A stretch of DNA of 64,000 bases, from the NCBI GenBank assembly GCA_002314945.1, contig DCHV01000072.1, positions 991 through 64,990 on the forward strand, in the 5' to 3' direction. The notes under the pieces were generated by a model. That model was not told where the DNA came from. It did not search any database and was given only the letters and a program-made list of their open reading frames with translations. Both the position numbers and the translations under genes were made by a program. The stretch comes from Prevotellaceae bacterium UBA1743 (lineage in GTDB: Bacteria > Bacteroidota > Bacteroidia > Bacteroidales > Bacteroidaceae). Positions 18,959 through 27,536 of the stretch are shown piece by piece; the stretch's first letter is position 1, and each line of letters starts with the position of its first letter.

Positions 18959-20263
18959 TTACGGCCTTCCAGCGGCTCTCCATCCAAATAAATTTATCAC
19001 CACGAAACAAAGCAGAGGAACGATGAACGAAAGATGTACTGCAGGATAACCGGCAATCTCCTTCAAGTCGATGATACTTGCCTGCAACATAGGCAACACC
19101 GCGCCTCCAAGTATGGCCATTACGATGCAAGCGGCCCCTATTTTCGAATCCTCGGCATCTATACGGCCAAGTGCCAACGCGTAGATGGTAGGATACATGA
19201 GCGACATACATGCCGACACGCCCACCAAGGCATACAATCCGAGTCTGCTCTGACACGACATGACAACTACAAGCAATACAATTGCAGCCATTGAAAGCAT
19301 AGCAAGAAAACGGCCGGGATTAAAATATTTCATCAGGAAGGTACAAACGAAACGACTTGAACAGAATATAATCATAGCAATTATGTTGTATTGCTGTGAA
19401 ACAACTTCAGCCGCCTGCTCTGCCAACCCCTCTGCCATAAGAATGGGAGTGCCATATTGAATAATGAAAGTCCAACACATTATCTGAGCACCTACATAAA
19501 AAAACTGAGCAACAACACCTTCGCGATATATCTTGTTGTTCCATAGGTTACGAAAAGTCACAGAAAGTTGTCGGCGTGACCCCTCGCATTCGTTTTCTTC
19601 GGCAGGAATACGTACAAAGAATATGAGCAGTAGAACCGCCACGATAGCTATAACCACGAGGAGGTAAGGCTTAATCAAAATGTTGAGATCCAGTTGTTTC
19701 ACAAGTTCAAAGGATTGAGGATCAAGTTGCATCCTTTCTGCAGAACTCATGGGATTAAGACGGGCCTGAATGTAATTCATCGCGACGAACATTCCAACAA
19801 GCGAACCTATGGGGTTGAAAGCTTGCGCCAGATTGAGACGACGCGTAGCACTTTCGCGATGACCCATGGATAATATAAAAGGATTGGCACTGGTCTCGAG
19901 AAAAGCCAATCCGCATGTCATAACCAGATAAGCTGCCAAGAAAGGATAGAATGTACCTAATTCCTTTGCAGGGAAAAAGAGCAGAGCCCCAATAGCATAT
20001 ACGAGGAGACCTATGAGGATGCCGGCTTTGTATGAAAAACGACGAACAAACAGAGCTGCAGGCAAAGCCATCAGAAAATATCCTCCATAGAATGCTGCCT
20101 GAACCAAAGTACCCTCAGCCACACTCATACGAAATATCTTGGAAAAGGCCTTAACCATTGGGTTTGTTATATCATTGGCAAACCCCCATAAGGCAAAACA
20201 TGATGTTATCAAAATAAATGGAAGTAAATACTTCCGCGTTATAATAGGTACTGTTGATTTCAT
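18959..20263 (-). CDS. FucP/glucose-galactose-type MFS sugar:H+ symporter (paralog 2)
   Basis: FALWGFANDITNPMV, LETSANPF and NLAQAFNP motifs of the FucP family. Roughly half of the residues match the 26209..27501 paralog in the N-terminal ~100 aa aligned by eye. Confidence 0.85.
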   Translation of the reverse strand: MKSTVPIITRKYLLPFILITSCFALWGFANDITNPMVKAFSKIFRMSVAEGTLVQAAFYGGYFLMALPAALFVRRFSYKAGILIGLLVYAIGALLFFPAKELGTFYPFLAAYLVMTCGLAFLETSANPFILSMGHRESATRRLNLAQAFNPIGSLVGMFVAMNYIQARLNPMSSAERMQLDPQSFELVKQLDLNILIKPYLLVVIAIVAVLLLIFFVRIPAEENECEGSRRQLSVTFRNLWNNKIYREGVVAQFFYVGAQIMCWTFIIQYGTPILMAEGLAEQAAEVVSQQYNIIAMIIFCSSRFVCTFLMKYFNPGRFLAMLSMAAIVLLVVVMSCQSRLGLYALVGVSACMSLMYPTIYALALGRIDAEDSKIGAACIVMAILGGAVLPMLQASIIDLKEIAGYPAVHLSFIVPLLCFVVINLFGWRAAGRP

Positions 20264-20308
20264 GACGTGTATTTATTACAAAAATACAGAATCTGTTTTC
20301 TTAATTTG

Positions 20309-21265
20309 TCACTTTCCCGCATCTGCCTTTATCATTCCTGTTGCCAACATCTTTTCTTTGGGAAAGACACTATAGCCTACAGAAAGAAGCTCATTTACCT
20401 GTAGAGCCGACATAGCGGATTGATGGGCGTAATGCCATTGTTGCCCAAGCCGTTCGTACTTGGTCTGGCATACTCCGTTGAACGCGCACAGTTCCCAACG
20501 TTCCACCACATCGGAGAGATGGGAAGACAGAAAACTTCCAATCTCGCGGATATTTTCTTCTGTTGCCGTAGTATCAGGAATAAGCGGAGTACGAATCCAT
20601 AGATGTACTTTTCTGGAAGACGATCGGATATACTCAGCCACATATAGCAAGTTGGAGAGTATATGTTCATTGGGCGAACCCGTATAATGCAAATGTTGTT
20701 CGGAATCAAAGATCTTCAGATCATACAGTACATAGTCAGTATATGGCAATATCGTCTCCAGATTCTTCCGAGGGGCTGCCCCACACGTGTCAAGCGCGGT
20801 CGTTATGCCACGGGATTGTAGCGCTTTGAATATTTCCACGATAAACTCGTACTGCAACAGTGGCTCTCCTCCCGAAAAAGTGACTCCTCCGGAATTCGCC
20901 CTATAAAAATGTTCATCCTTCAAGAGTTCACTCAAAAGGTTTTCGTAATCATACCCTTGTGCCTCGGGAGTCAATGCCTCAGACGGACATGCTTCGGTAC
21001 ACTTCAGACAGGCGAGGCATTTCCTTCTGTCGATGTGCACTCCTTTGCAATCCATACAGAGTGCCCCATTTTTGCAGGCATCCAGACAAGAGGCGCACCC
21101 TATGCAATGCGTCTTGTCCCACCATGGTTCGTTCCTCTTGGATATGGACTCTGGATTCTGACACCATCGACAATGAAGCGAACATCCCTTGACAAAAACC
21201 GTGGTACGAATACCAGGTCCATCATGAGTGGTTCCGTGCGATACATCAATTGCAGAGAGTGTCAT
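20309..21265 (-). CDS. Glycyl-radical enzyme activating enzyme (radical SAM with ferredoxin-type insert)
   Basis: GPGIRTTVFVKGCSLHCRWCQNPE carries the CxxxCxxC radical-SAM motif. Two extra Cys clusters follow (CIGCASCLDAC, CLACLKCTEAC). Lies directly downstream of the GRE gene. Confidence 0.9.
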   Translation of the reverse strand: MTLSAIDVSHGTTHDGPGIRTTVFVKGCSLHCRWCQNPESISKRNEPWWDKTHCIGCASCLDACKNGALCMDCKGVHIDRRKCLACLKCTEACPSEALTPEAQGYDYENLLSELLKDEHFYRANSGGVTFSGGEPLLQYEFIVEIFKALQSRGITTALDTCGAAPRKNLETILPYTDYVLYDLKIFDSEQHLHYTGSPNEHILSNLLYVAEYIRSSSRKVHLWIRTPLIPDTTATEENIREIGSFLSSHLSDVVERWELCAFNGVCQTKYERLGQQWHYAHQSAMSALQVNELLSVGYSVFPKEKMLATGMIKADAGK

Positions 21266-21275
21266 TCGCGTCTCC

Positions 21276-23501
21276 TTAATTCATCGTCTGATGATTCACA
21301 CGATCCACAAAATCCCGCTGATATTCCTTCGACATAGTGACGAAACGAGTGCAGTAGCCCGTTACTCTGACTACAAGGTTCTGGTATTCTGGCTTCTCGG
21401 GGTGTTCTATCGCATCCTCCAGTTTTCTCAGATCAAGTATATGGAAATTTATTTGCATTCCGCCACCATTGAAAAAAGCATTGGAGAAGTCTCGTATGTA
21501 AGTATATCTTTCCTCCTTGCCATCAAAGAATTTTGGTTGGATGTCCACCTGAATAGAGCCTCCCATGAACTTTCTCATATCCACCGAAGAGGCCGAATTT
21601 GCCAAAGGAATAAGTCCACGTTTACTGGCTCCTATCTGCGGATTGATGCCATGAGCCAAAGGATCTCCCTTATGACGTCCATCCGGTGAAGCCAGGAAGG
21701 TATCTTTTGCCTCCACATGAGTCATGAAAGAGAAGAGGGACGGACGCATAGGTTGTGCACCACGCTGATTGTAATACCCCTCGGCAACCTGCTGCATCGT
21801 ATCACAGACTCTGACAAACATCTCGTCTGCCACGTCGTGACCATTCCCATACTTAGGCTGGCAAAGGAAACGTTGACGCATTATCTCGTTGTCTTTCCAA
21901 TCCTCGCCACACGCCTTGACCACCTCGGAAAGACTGTACATCTTCTTCTCAAACACCAACTCCCGTATTGCGGTAAAAGAATCTGCCACATTAGGAATTC
22001 CCAATATGTTGAGTGAACTATACTGCCAATCTACTCCCCGAGGAGCATCCACATCGAGTCCACGCTCGATAGGTCCGTATGAAATCAGTGACGTGTACAT
22101 TTCCGGCTGACTTTCACCACGTACCTGATCAATGGCAGCTTCTGCAGCCTGATATGCCTTCATCGTGCGATGAAGTTCATCCACATAAATCTGATAGAGA
22201 GATTCAAAATCAGCCACATTATTCTCTGCTGCCTTGTGCAAAGCCCGTTGCATCACTTCAAACACACGTATTTCGCTCGTGTCATGACCGCACCATTCCT
22301 GCCCAGGGATGCAATACCACTGACAACCGGCGTAAACCACCTTCCAAGCCTCCTCCGCGGGTATTCCGACACGAAGTTGTGATGCGTACATCAAATCCCA
22401 ATTCACCAGCACGGGAATACTTTCGCCATGACGAGCCAATACATCACATGCATACGCATAATAATCCGGATCAATGTCGGAATGCCACATCACACCCAGA
22501 TTGTTGTAATCACCTATCAAATCGTAAGCCTCAAGAGCCACCCAACTCATCTCGTTCGTGGCATCCTGGCCTGATGCATCGCGTCCCGAGAAAGAGAAGA
22601 ACTGTCCTCTGAGCTTCATATACATCTCGGCCAGATATTCACGGGCCATTTTCCTCGTCAACGAGCCATCCTCCATTCCCTTCTTGTAGAAAGGCATCAT
22701 GAAGAGATCCAGACGTCCATAGCCATTGCCATGTCCCACTACACGATCGAACATAATGGAAAACTGTATGGCTTGTACAGCTTCGTAATACGTATCCGGA
22801 GCTTCATGAGCTATCTTACGGCAACATGCCGCTATCTGAGCAAAACGGGATTTCTCTTCCGGATCCTGCGTCTCCTCATATAGTTTCCCTGCCAAAGCAG
22901 CATAGTTCTCGATATAATGAATACAACCCAGACAGACATGTTCCAACCCTCGCAGATAGGATGCACGACGTTCATTCTTTAGGTCGGTATATTTCTGAAG
23001 ACTCTTTCGTATGCGTTCCAGAATCTGGTCGTAGCCTTGCGTCAGAATGATTTCGAGGTCAGGACAGGTATGTCCGTATGCTCCAGGTATGCCTCCCAGA
23101 CTGACTGACTCGTCATATTTCTTACATATTTCATCCGCATTGTCGGCTTGTCTCCACCCCTGCTGACCACAAGGACGCACACAACCTATTTCCCAATATA
23201 TCTCACCCACGATTGTTTCGCATGGGTAGATATGGGGCTCCATGTTTTCAAGCAAAAAACGATAATCCTCTCCCCATTGCTCGCTGCTCATCCGATAGCC
23301 CTGCTTACGACTGGGCAACTCGTCCATCTTGGGAAACGGCCCGATGTTCAGCCAACATCTATGATCACCATAATCGCCAAACTGACGCATTCCACCTGGC
23401 TTGGACAATTCCTGATTGCGAGCCTCGAGCGTCTTGATACGTTCCGATTGCTCAAATTTGGGAACAAACGACAATTTATAATTTTCTGCCATATACTTCA
23501 A
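21276..23501 (-). CDS. Glycyl radical enzyme (PFL-fold), unassigned subfamily
   Basis: C-terminal glycyl-radical motif VVRVTGYCTRF (Gly715, codon at 21357-21359). Putative thiyl Cys loop VVYAGCQWYCIPG (Cys393, codon at 22323-22325). 741 aa, adjacent to the activase. Confidence 0.85.
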   Translation of the reverse strand: MKYMAENYKLSFVPKFEQSERIKTLEARNQELSKPGGMRQFGDYGDHRCWLNIGPFPKMDELPSRKQGYRMSSEQWGEDYRFLLENMEPHIYPCETIVGEIYWEIGCVRPCGQQGWRQADNADEICKKYDESVSLGGIPGAYGHTCPDLEIILTQGYDQILERIRKSLQKYTDLKNERRASYLRGLEHVCLGCIHYIENYAALAGKLYEETQDPEEKSRFAQIAACCRKIAHEAPDTYYEAVQAIQFSIMFDRVVGHGNGYGRLDLFMMPFYKKGMEDGSLTRKMAREYLAEMYMKLRGQFFSFSGRDASGQDATNEMSWVALEAYDLIGDYNNLGVMWHSDIDPDYYAYACDVLARHGESIPVLVNWDLMYASQLRVGIPAEEAWKVVYAGCQWYCIPGQEWCGHDTSEIRVFEVMQRALHKAAENNVADFESLYQIYVDELHRTMKAYQAAEAAIDQVRGESQPEMYTSLISYGPIERGLDVDAPRGVDWQYSSLNILGIPNVADSFTAIRELVFEKKMYSLSEVVKACGEDWKDNEIMRQRFLCQPKYGNGHDVADEMFVRVCDTMQQVAEGYYNQRGAQPMRPSLFSFMTHVEAKDTFLASPDGRHKGDPLAHGINPQIGASKRGLIPLANSASSVDMRKFMGGSIQVDIQPKFFDGKEERYTYIRDFSNAFFNGGGMQINFHILDLRKLEDAIEHPEKPEYQNLVVRVTGYCTRFVTMSKEYQRDFVDRVNHQTMN

Positions 23502-23513
23502 ATACGCAACTAA

Positions 23514-24761
23514 TTAATCCCTCAAGCAGTTGTCCAATTCACGCACAATGGCTTCCTTGTCCATGTGCTGACCGATAAAGACCAGCTTCTGCATACGATC
23601 ACCATAGTACGCATCCCAATCCTTTCTCAAAGCCGGATCTTGAGCCAGGACATATTCCAAATCATCTTCTGGCATGGTAGCATACCATTGGCCGGCATTA
23701 CGCATGGAAACCTGCTTTCCTGCTTGTTCGAACACATAACAAGTATCCCATTCATCGCGGAAATAGCAAATTCCCTTGGCACGGATAATACTCTTAGGCC
23801 ATTTGCGAGCCACAAACTCGTCGAAGCGTCCCATATCCATCGGCTGACGACGATAGTACACAAACGTGCCGATACCATATTCCTCGGCTTCCCCTTCATC
23901 CTCGTGATGGTGATGGTGGTGGTGATGTTCGTGTGAATGATGAGAATCCTCGTCATGCTCGTCATCATGATGATGGTCATGGTGTTCTTCCTCGTCATCA
24001 TCCTCATCGTCGTCATCCTCGTCATGATGATGTTCGATGGCATCTATCCAAGCTGCAGAAGTGGCAGTCTCTTCGAAACGAAAGAGATTGGTGTCCAACA
24101 GACGATTGAAATCCACATCTCCATAGTTGCAATCAATAATCTGAGCATGAGGCTGTAATGCCTTGATGATACCTCGTATGCGTGCCAATTCCTGTGGCGT
24201 CACATCGGCTGCCTTGTTGAGCAGAATCAGATTGCAGAACTCAATCTGTTGGATAACGAGATTCTCTATATCCTCCTCATCAAGACCGGGACGCATGAGT
24301 CCTTCGCCACAGTCAAACTCATCCTGCATCCTGACTGCATCCACTACAGTAGCCACGCAGTCGAGAACAGGCAAGCCATCTTGCGTGTATTTCTCCTCCA
24401 TCGAAGGGATGGAACAGATGGTTTGTGCGATGGGGCCAGGTTCGCAGATACCGCTTGCCTCTATCACGATATAGTCAAAACGATGGGAGGCAACGATGTC
24501 ATGCAGTTGCTCCACCAAATCCATCTTCAGTGTGCAACAGATACATCCGTTCTGCAGGGCGACCAAACTATCGTCCTGCTTATCTACCACACCGCCTTTC
24601 TGTATCAGATCAGCATCAATATTCACTTCGCCAATGTCATTGACAATAACAGCGAAGCGAATGCCTCGACGATTGGAAAGAATACGATTCAACAACGTAG
24701 TCTTGCCACTACCCAAATACCCTGTAAGCAAGAGTACAGGTATATCTTTTTTCTCTTTCAC
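23514..24761 (-). CDS. COG0523 (CobW/ZigA/YeiR-type) GTPase metallochaperone with His/Asp/Glu-rich tract
   Basis: P-loop GYLGSGKTT, metal-binding CICCTL and EASGICEP. An acidic, His-rich insert HHHDEDDDDEDDDEEEHHDHHHDDEHDEDSHHSHEHHHHHHHHEDE is encoded at ~23890-24045. Confidence 0.85.
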   Translation of the reverse strand: MKEKKDIPVLLLTGYLGSGKTTLLNRILSNRRGIRFAVIVNDIGEVNIDADLIQKGGVVDKQDDSLVALQNGCICCTLKMDLVEQLHDIVASHRFDYIVIEASGICEPGPIAQTICSIPSMEEKYTQDGLPVLDCVATVVDAVRMQDEFDCGEGLMRPGLDEEDIENLVIQQIEFCNLILLNKAADVTPQELARIRGIIKALQPHAQIIDCNYGDVDFNRLLDTNLFRFEETATSAAWIDAIEHHHDEDDDDEDDDEEEHHDHHHDDEHDEDSHHSHEHHHHHHHHEDEGEAEEYGIGTFVYYRRQPMDMGRFDEFVARKWPKSIIRAKGICYFRDEWDTCYVFEQAGKQVSMRNAGQWYATMPEDDLEYVLAQDPALRKDWDAYYGDRMQKLVFIGQHMDKEAIVRELDNCLRD

Positions 24762-24770
24762 TATGATTGC

Positions 24771-26198
24771 TTATCCTAACGTGTAGAAATCTTCCCAACC
24801 CTTACGAGGTGGCATACCACTCAACATTGCATTGGCAAAATCGTTGTTGGTAAAGCGTTTTGTCACAGGATCGAAGAACAACTGTGTGTTCAGGCGCTGA
24901 GCAATCACTCCGAGACAGAACACCTGGCAAAGTACGCCGGCAATTTCGAAGGGAGAACGTGTTTTCTCGATACCTTTGCAAGCACGCAGGAAGTTTACAT
25001 AATGGTTGCTCGGGCTCTTGGGAACCTCGGGTAATGAATCCTTCATTGCCTCGGCCTTTTCCTTCGGAATGATACTGAGTGTACTTCCATGACTTGCCCC
25101 TTTGAAAGTCAGGTCACGACCATAAATTATCTTGCCTGGATTCAATTTTTTCTTCACATATTCACCTTGGTTGGTAGAAGGAATATCAGCCCCTAACTCG
25201 CTTTCACCATAACCTGCGGGCAGAGGAGGAAGATTGTCGATACCATCGTACCATGTGATGTCGCAAGGAGGCATACTGCCACGTGCGCCAAAACGGAAAA
25301 GAATGGTACTGCTATAAGGATAGAAAAACTCGTTGTGATATTTGGCGTACTTCAGGGTGATCTCGTATGGCAGACCAAGGTTGAGGAACTCGTGAACCGT
25401 ATCCAGCAAATGGGCTCCCCAATCACCCAAAGCACCCATACCGAAATCGTACCAACAACGCCAGTTGCCTTGATGATACTTCTCACTATAGTTATGGTAA
25501 CGCACGCCACCATGCCAAGTATCCCAATCCATATTCTTGGGAATGGAATCACCCTCGGGCATCTGGCGCATATTCCAGTCAAACTTGTGCCAACGACGAT
25601 CACTGTTCATGTGGGCAGTAACTGCCGTCACGTCCTTGATGATACCAGCATCCTGCCATGCCTTGAACTGGAAATAATTAGCCTCGGAATGTCCTTGGTT
25701 ACCGACCTGGGTTGCCAAATTGGGATGGCGCTTAGCCATTTCGATGAGCAACTCACCTTCCTGGAAAGTACGGATGAGGGGTTTCTCACAATAGACATGT
25801 TTGCCATATTTCATCGCCATCATGCACACAAAAAAGTGCATGTGATCGGGAACAGCTACACAGACAGCTTCGAAATGGTCGGCATACTCTTCAAACATCT
25901 TTCGAAAATCGCGATAGCGTTTGGCATTGGGGTAACGCGAAAGCACCTTCTGACACTGATTGCCGTCCAAATCAACATCACAAAGAGCAATCACCTCAAT
26001 CATTTGTGTCTTCTCAAACTCCTCGATATCCTGTTCGGCGCGATTACCAACCCCGACAAAGGCAATCTTTACTTTCTCAGACTTTGCTTCAGCTGTCTGA
26101 GCTGATGTCATTGTATTGGCAAACATATTGCCTGGCTCGAGTGCCAACCCTGCAGAAGCCAATCCGACCCCTTTCAGGAAATTTCTTCTTGTTGTCAT
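24771..26198 (-). CDS. TAT-exported Gfo/Idh/MocA-family NAD-dependent oxidoreductase (GH109-like architecture)
   Basis: Twin-arginine signal MTTRRNFLKGVGLASAGLAL, Rossmann motif KIAFVGVGNRA, ~475 aa. This is the same architecture as GH109 and related periplasmic NAD-dependent enzymes. Confidence 0.75.
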   Translation of the reverse strand: MTTRRNFLKGVGLASAGLALEPGNMFANTMTSAQTAEAKSEKVKIAFVGVGNRAEQDIEEFEKTQMIEVIALCDVDLDGNQCQKVLSRYPNAKRYRDFRKMFEEYADHFEAVCVAVPDHMHFFVCMMAMKYGKHVYCEKPLIRTFQEGELLIEMAKRHPNLATQVGNQGHSEANYFQFKAWQDAGIIKDVTAVTAHMNSDRRWHKFDWNMRQMPEGDSIPKNMDWDTWHGGVRYHNYSEKYHQGNWRCWYDFGMGALGDWGAHLLDTVHEFLNLGLPYEITLKYAKYHNEFFYPYSSTILFRFGARGSMPPCDITWYDGIDNLPPLPAGYGESELGADIPSTNQGEYVKKKLNPGKIIYGRDLTFKGASHGSTLSIIPKEKAEAMKDSLPEVPKSPSNHYVNFLRACKGIEKTRSPFEIAGVLCQVFCLGVIAQRLNTQLFFDPVTKRFTNNDFANAMLSGMPPRKGWEDFYTLG

Positions 26199-26208
26199 AG
26201 TGTTCCGA

Positions 26209-27501
26209 TTATTTTTTATTTGCTGAGAAACAGCGCCATCCGTAGATGGATATCATTATAAAACAGATGAAAGGAAGTACAAAACTTACATTCACAGCAG
26301 GGTGGTTCAGTATGGTTCCACAATCAATAATGGTACCCTGAAGAGGGGGCATCAACGCACCTCCCACAATGGCCATTACCAAGAAAGCTGCTCCCAATGT
26401 ACTATCCTCTGCACTCACATTCTCCAAAGCAATACCATAGATGGTAGGGAACATCAACGACATGAAGATGCTAATGCCCACCACACAATAAAGTCCCATC
26501 ATGCCGTTCACCAAAATAGCACCTGTAGTGCATACGGCTGCTCCACAACCAAAGATTGTCAGCATAAGACGTCCGTTGACATATTTCATCAGGAAGGTGG
26601 AAATAAAACGTGAGCACAAGAAAAGGGACATTGCCAAGATATTATAGTTCTGTGCCGTTGCCTTATCAATACCCAAATTATCAGCATATTGGATGATAAA
26701 CGTCCAAACCATAATTTGGGCAGCTACATAAAACACCTGTGCCACCACTCCTTCACGGTAAACGGTATTATCCCACAACCGCTTTAGCGTATCAGATGCC
26801 TTTATATCCAAACTTTCCTTAGTCGTTTTCGGCATTTTCATGAGGGCAATAATGACAAACATAACCACTACCACCAAACCGATAACCACATAAGGATTGC
26901 GAATCACTGCCAGATCATGCAAACGTATCGTAGCTTTCTCTGCCTCGGAAAGCGTGCCAAAAATGATTTCACCCATTTCATTCCGTTTGTCGGAAAGGAG
27001 ATTGGGCAATACAATTAATGAGGCTACCGCCATACCGCACAATGATCCCATTGGATTGAACGCCTGAGCCAAATTCAAACGTCTGGTACTGCTTTCCTTG
27101 GTACCAAGTGAAAGGATGAACGGGTTGGCCGTTGTTTCCAAAAAGGCCAACCCGAACGTAAGGATATACAGCGACAAGCAGAAAAAGGTGAAATTCTGCC
27201 AAGCTGCAGCGGGAATAAAAAGGAAAGCGCCTGTTGCATAAAGACCCAGTCCTAACAATATCCCGCTTTTATAACTATAACGACGAATGAAAAGAGCTGC
27301 AGGAACTGCCATAGTAGCGTAACCTCCATAGAAGGCAAACTGTACCATTGATGCCTTAGCCGCACTCAATTCCATCACCGTCTGGAAGGCGGCTACCATC
27401 GGATTTGTAATATCATTTGCAAAACCCCATAAAGCAAATAGGGCAGTGATTACTATAAAAGTCAAAAGGTAGCGTTTCTCTACCAGCGGTTGCTTTTCCA
27501 T
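26209..27501 (-). CDS. fucP: L-fucose:H+ symporter-type MFS permease (paralog 1)
   Basis: FucP-family motifs (FALWGFANDITNPMV, LETTANPF, NLAQAFNP). Lies immediately downstream of fucI. The symbol is assigned from family and synteny only. Confidence 0.7.
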   Translation of the reverse strand: MEKQPLVEKRYLLTFIVITALFALWGFANDITNPMVAAFQTVMELSAAKASMVQFAFYGGYATMAVPAALFIRRYSYKSGILLGLGLYATGAFLFIPAAAWQNFTFFCLSLYILTFGLAFLETTANPFILSLGTKESSTRRLNLAQAFNPMGSLCGMAVASLIVLPNLLSDKRNEMGEIIFGTLSEAEKATIRLHDLAVIRNPYVVIGLVVVVMFVIIALMKMPKTTKESLDIKASDTLKRLWDNTVYREGVVAQVFYVAAQIMVWTFIIQYADNLGIDKATAQNYNILAMSLFLCSRFISTFLMKYVNGRLMLTIFGCGAAVCTTGAILVNGMMGLYCVVGISIFMSLMFPTIYGIALENVSAEDSTLGAAFLVMAIVGGALMPPLQGTIIDCGTILNHPAVNVSFVLPFICFIMISIYGWRCFSANKK

Positions 27502-27536
27502 TATTCGTCGTTCAATAATTTGTTATTTTTTTTTGA

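Noticed and set aside
23627-24158. ORFs 23627..24043 (-) and 23937..24158 (+) with Met/Ile/Thr/Arg- or Met/Val/Ile-rich translations
   Set aside because: These are alternative-frame readings of the low-complexity His/Asp/Glu-coding tract of the COG0523 gene.
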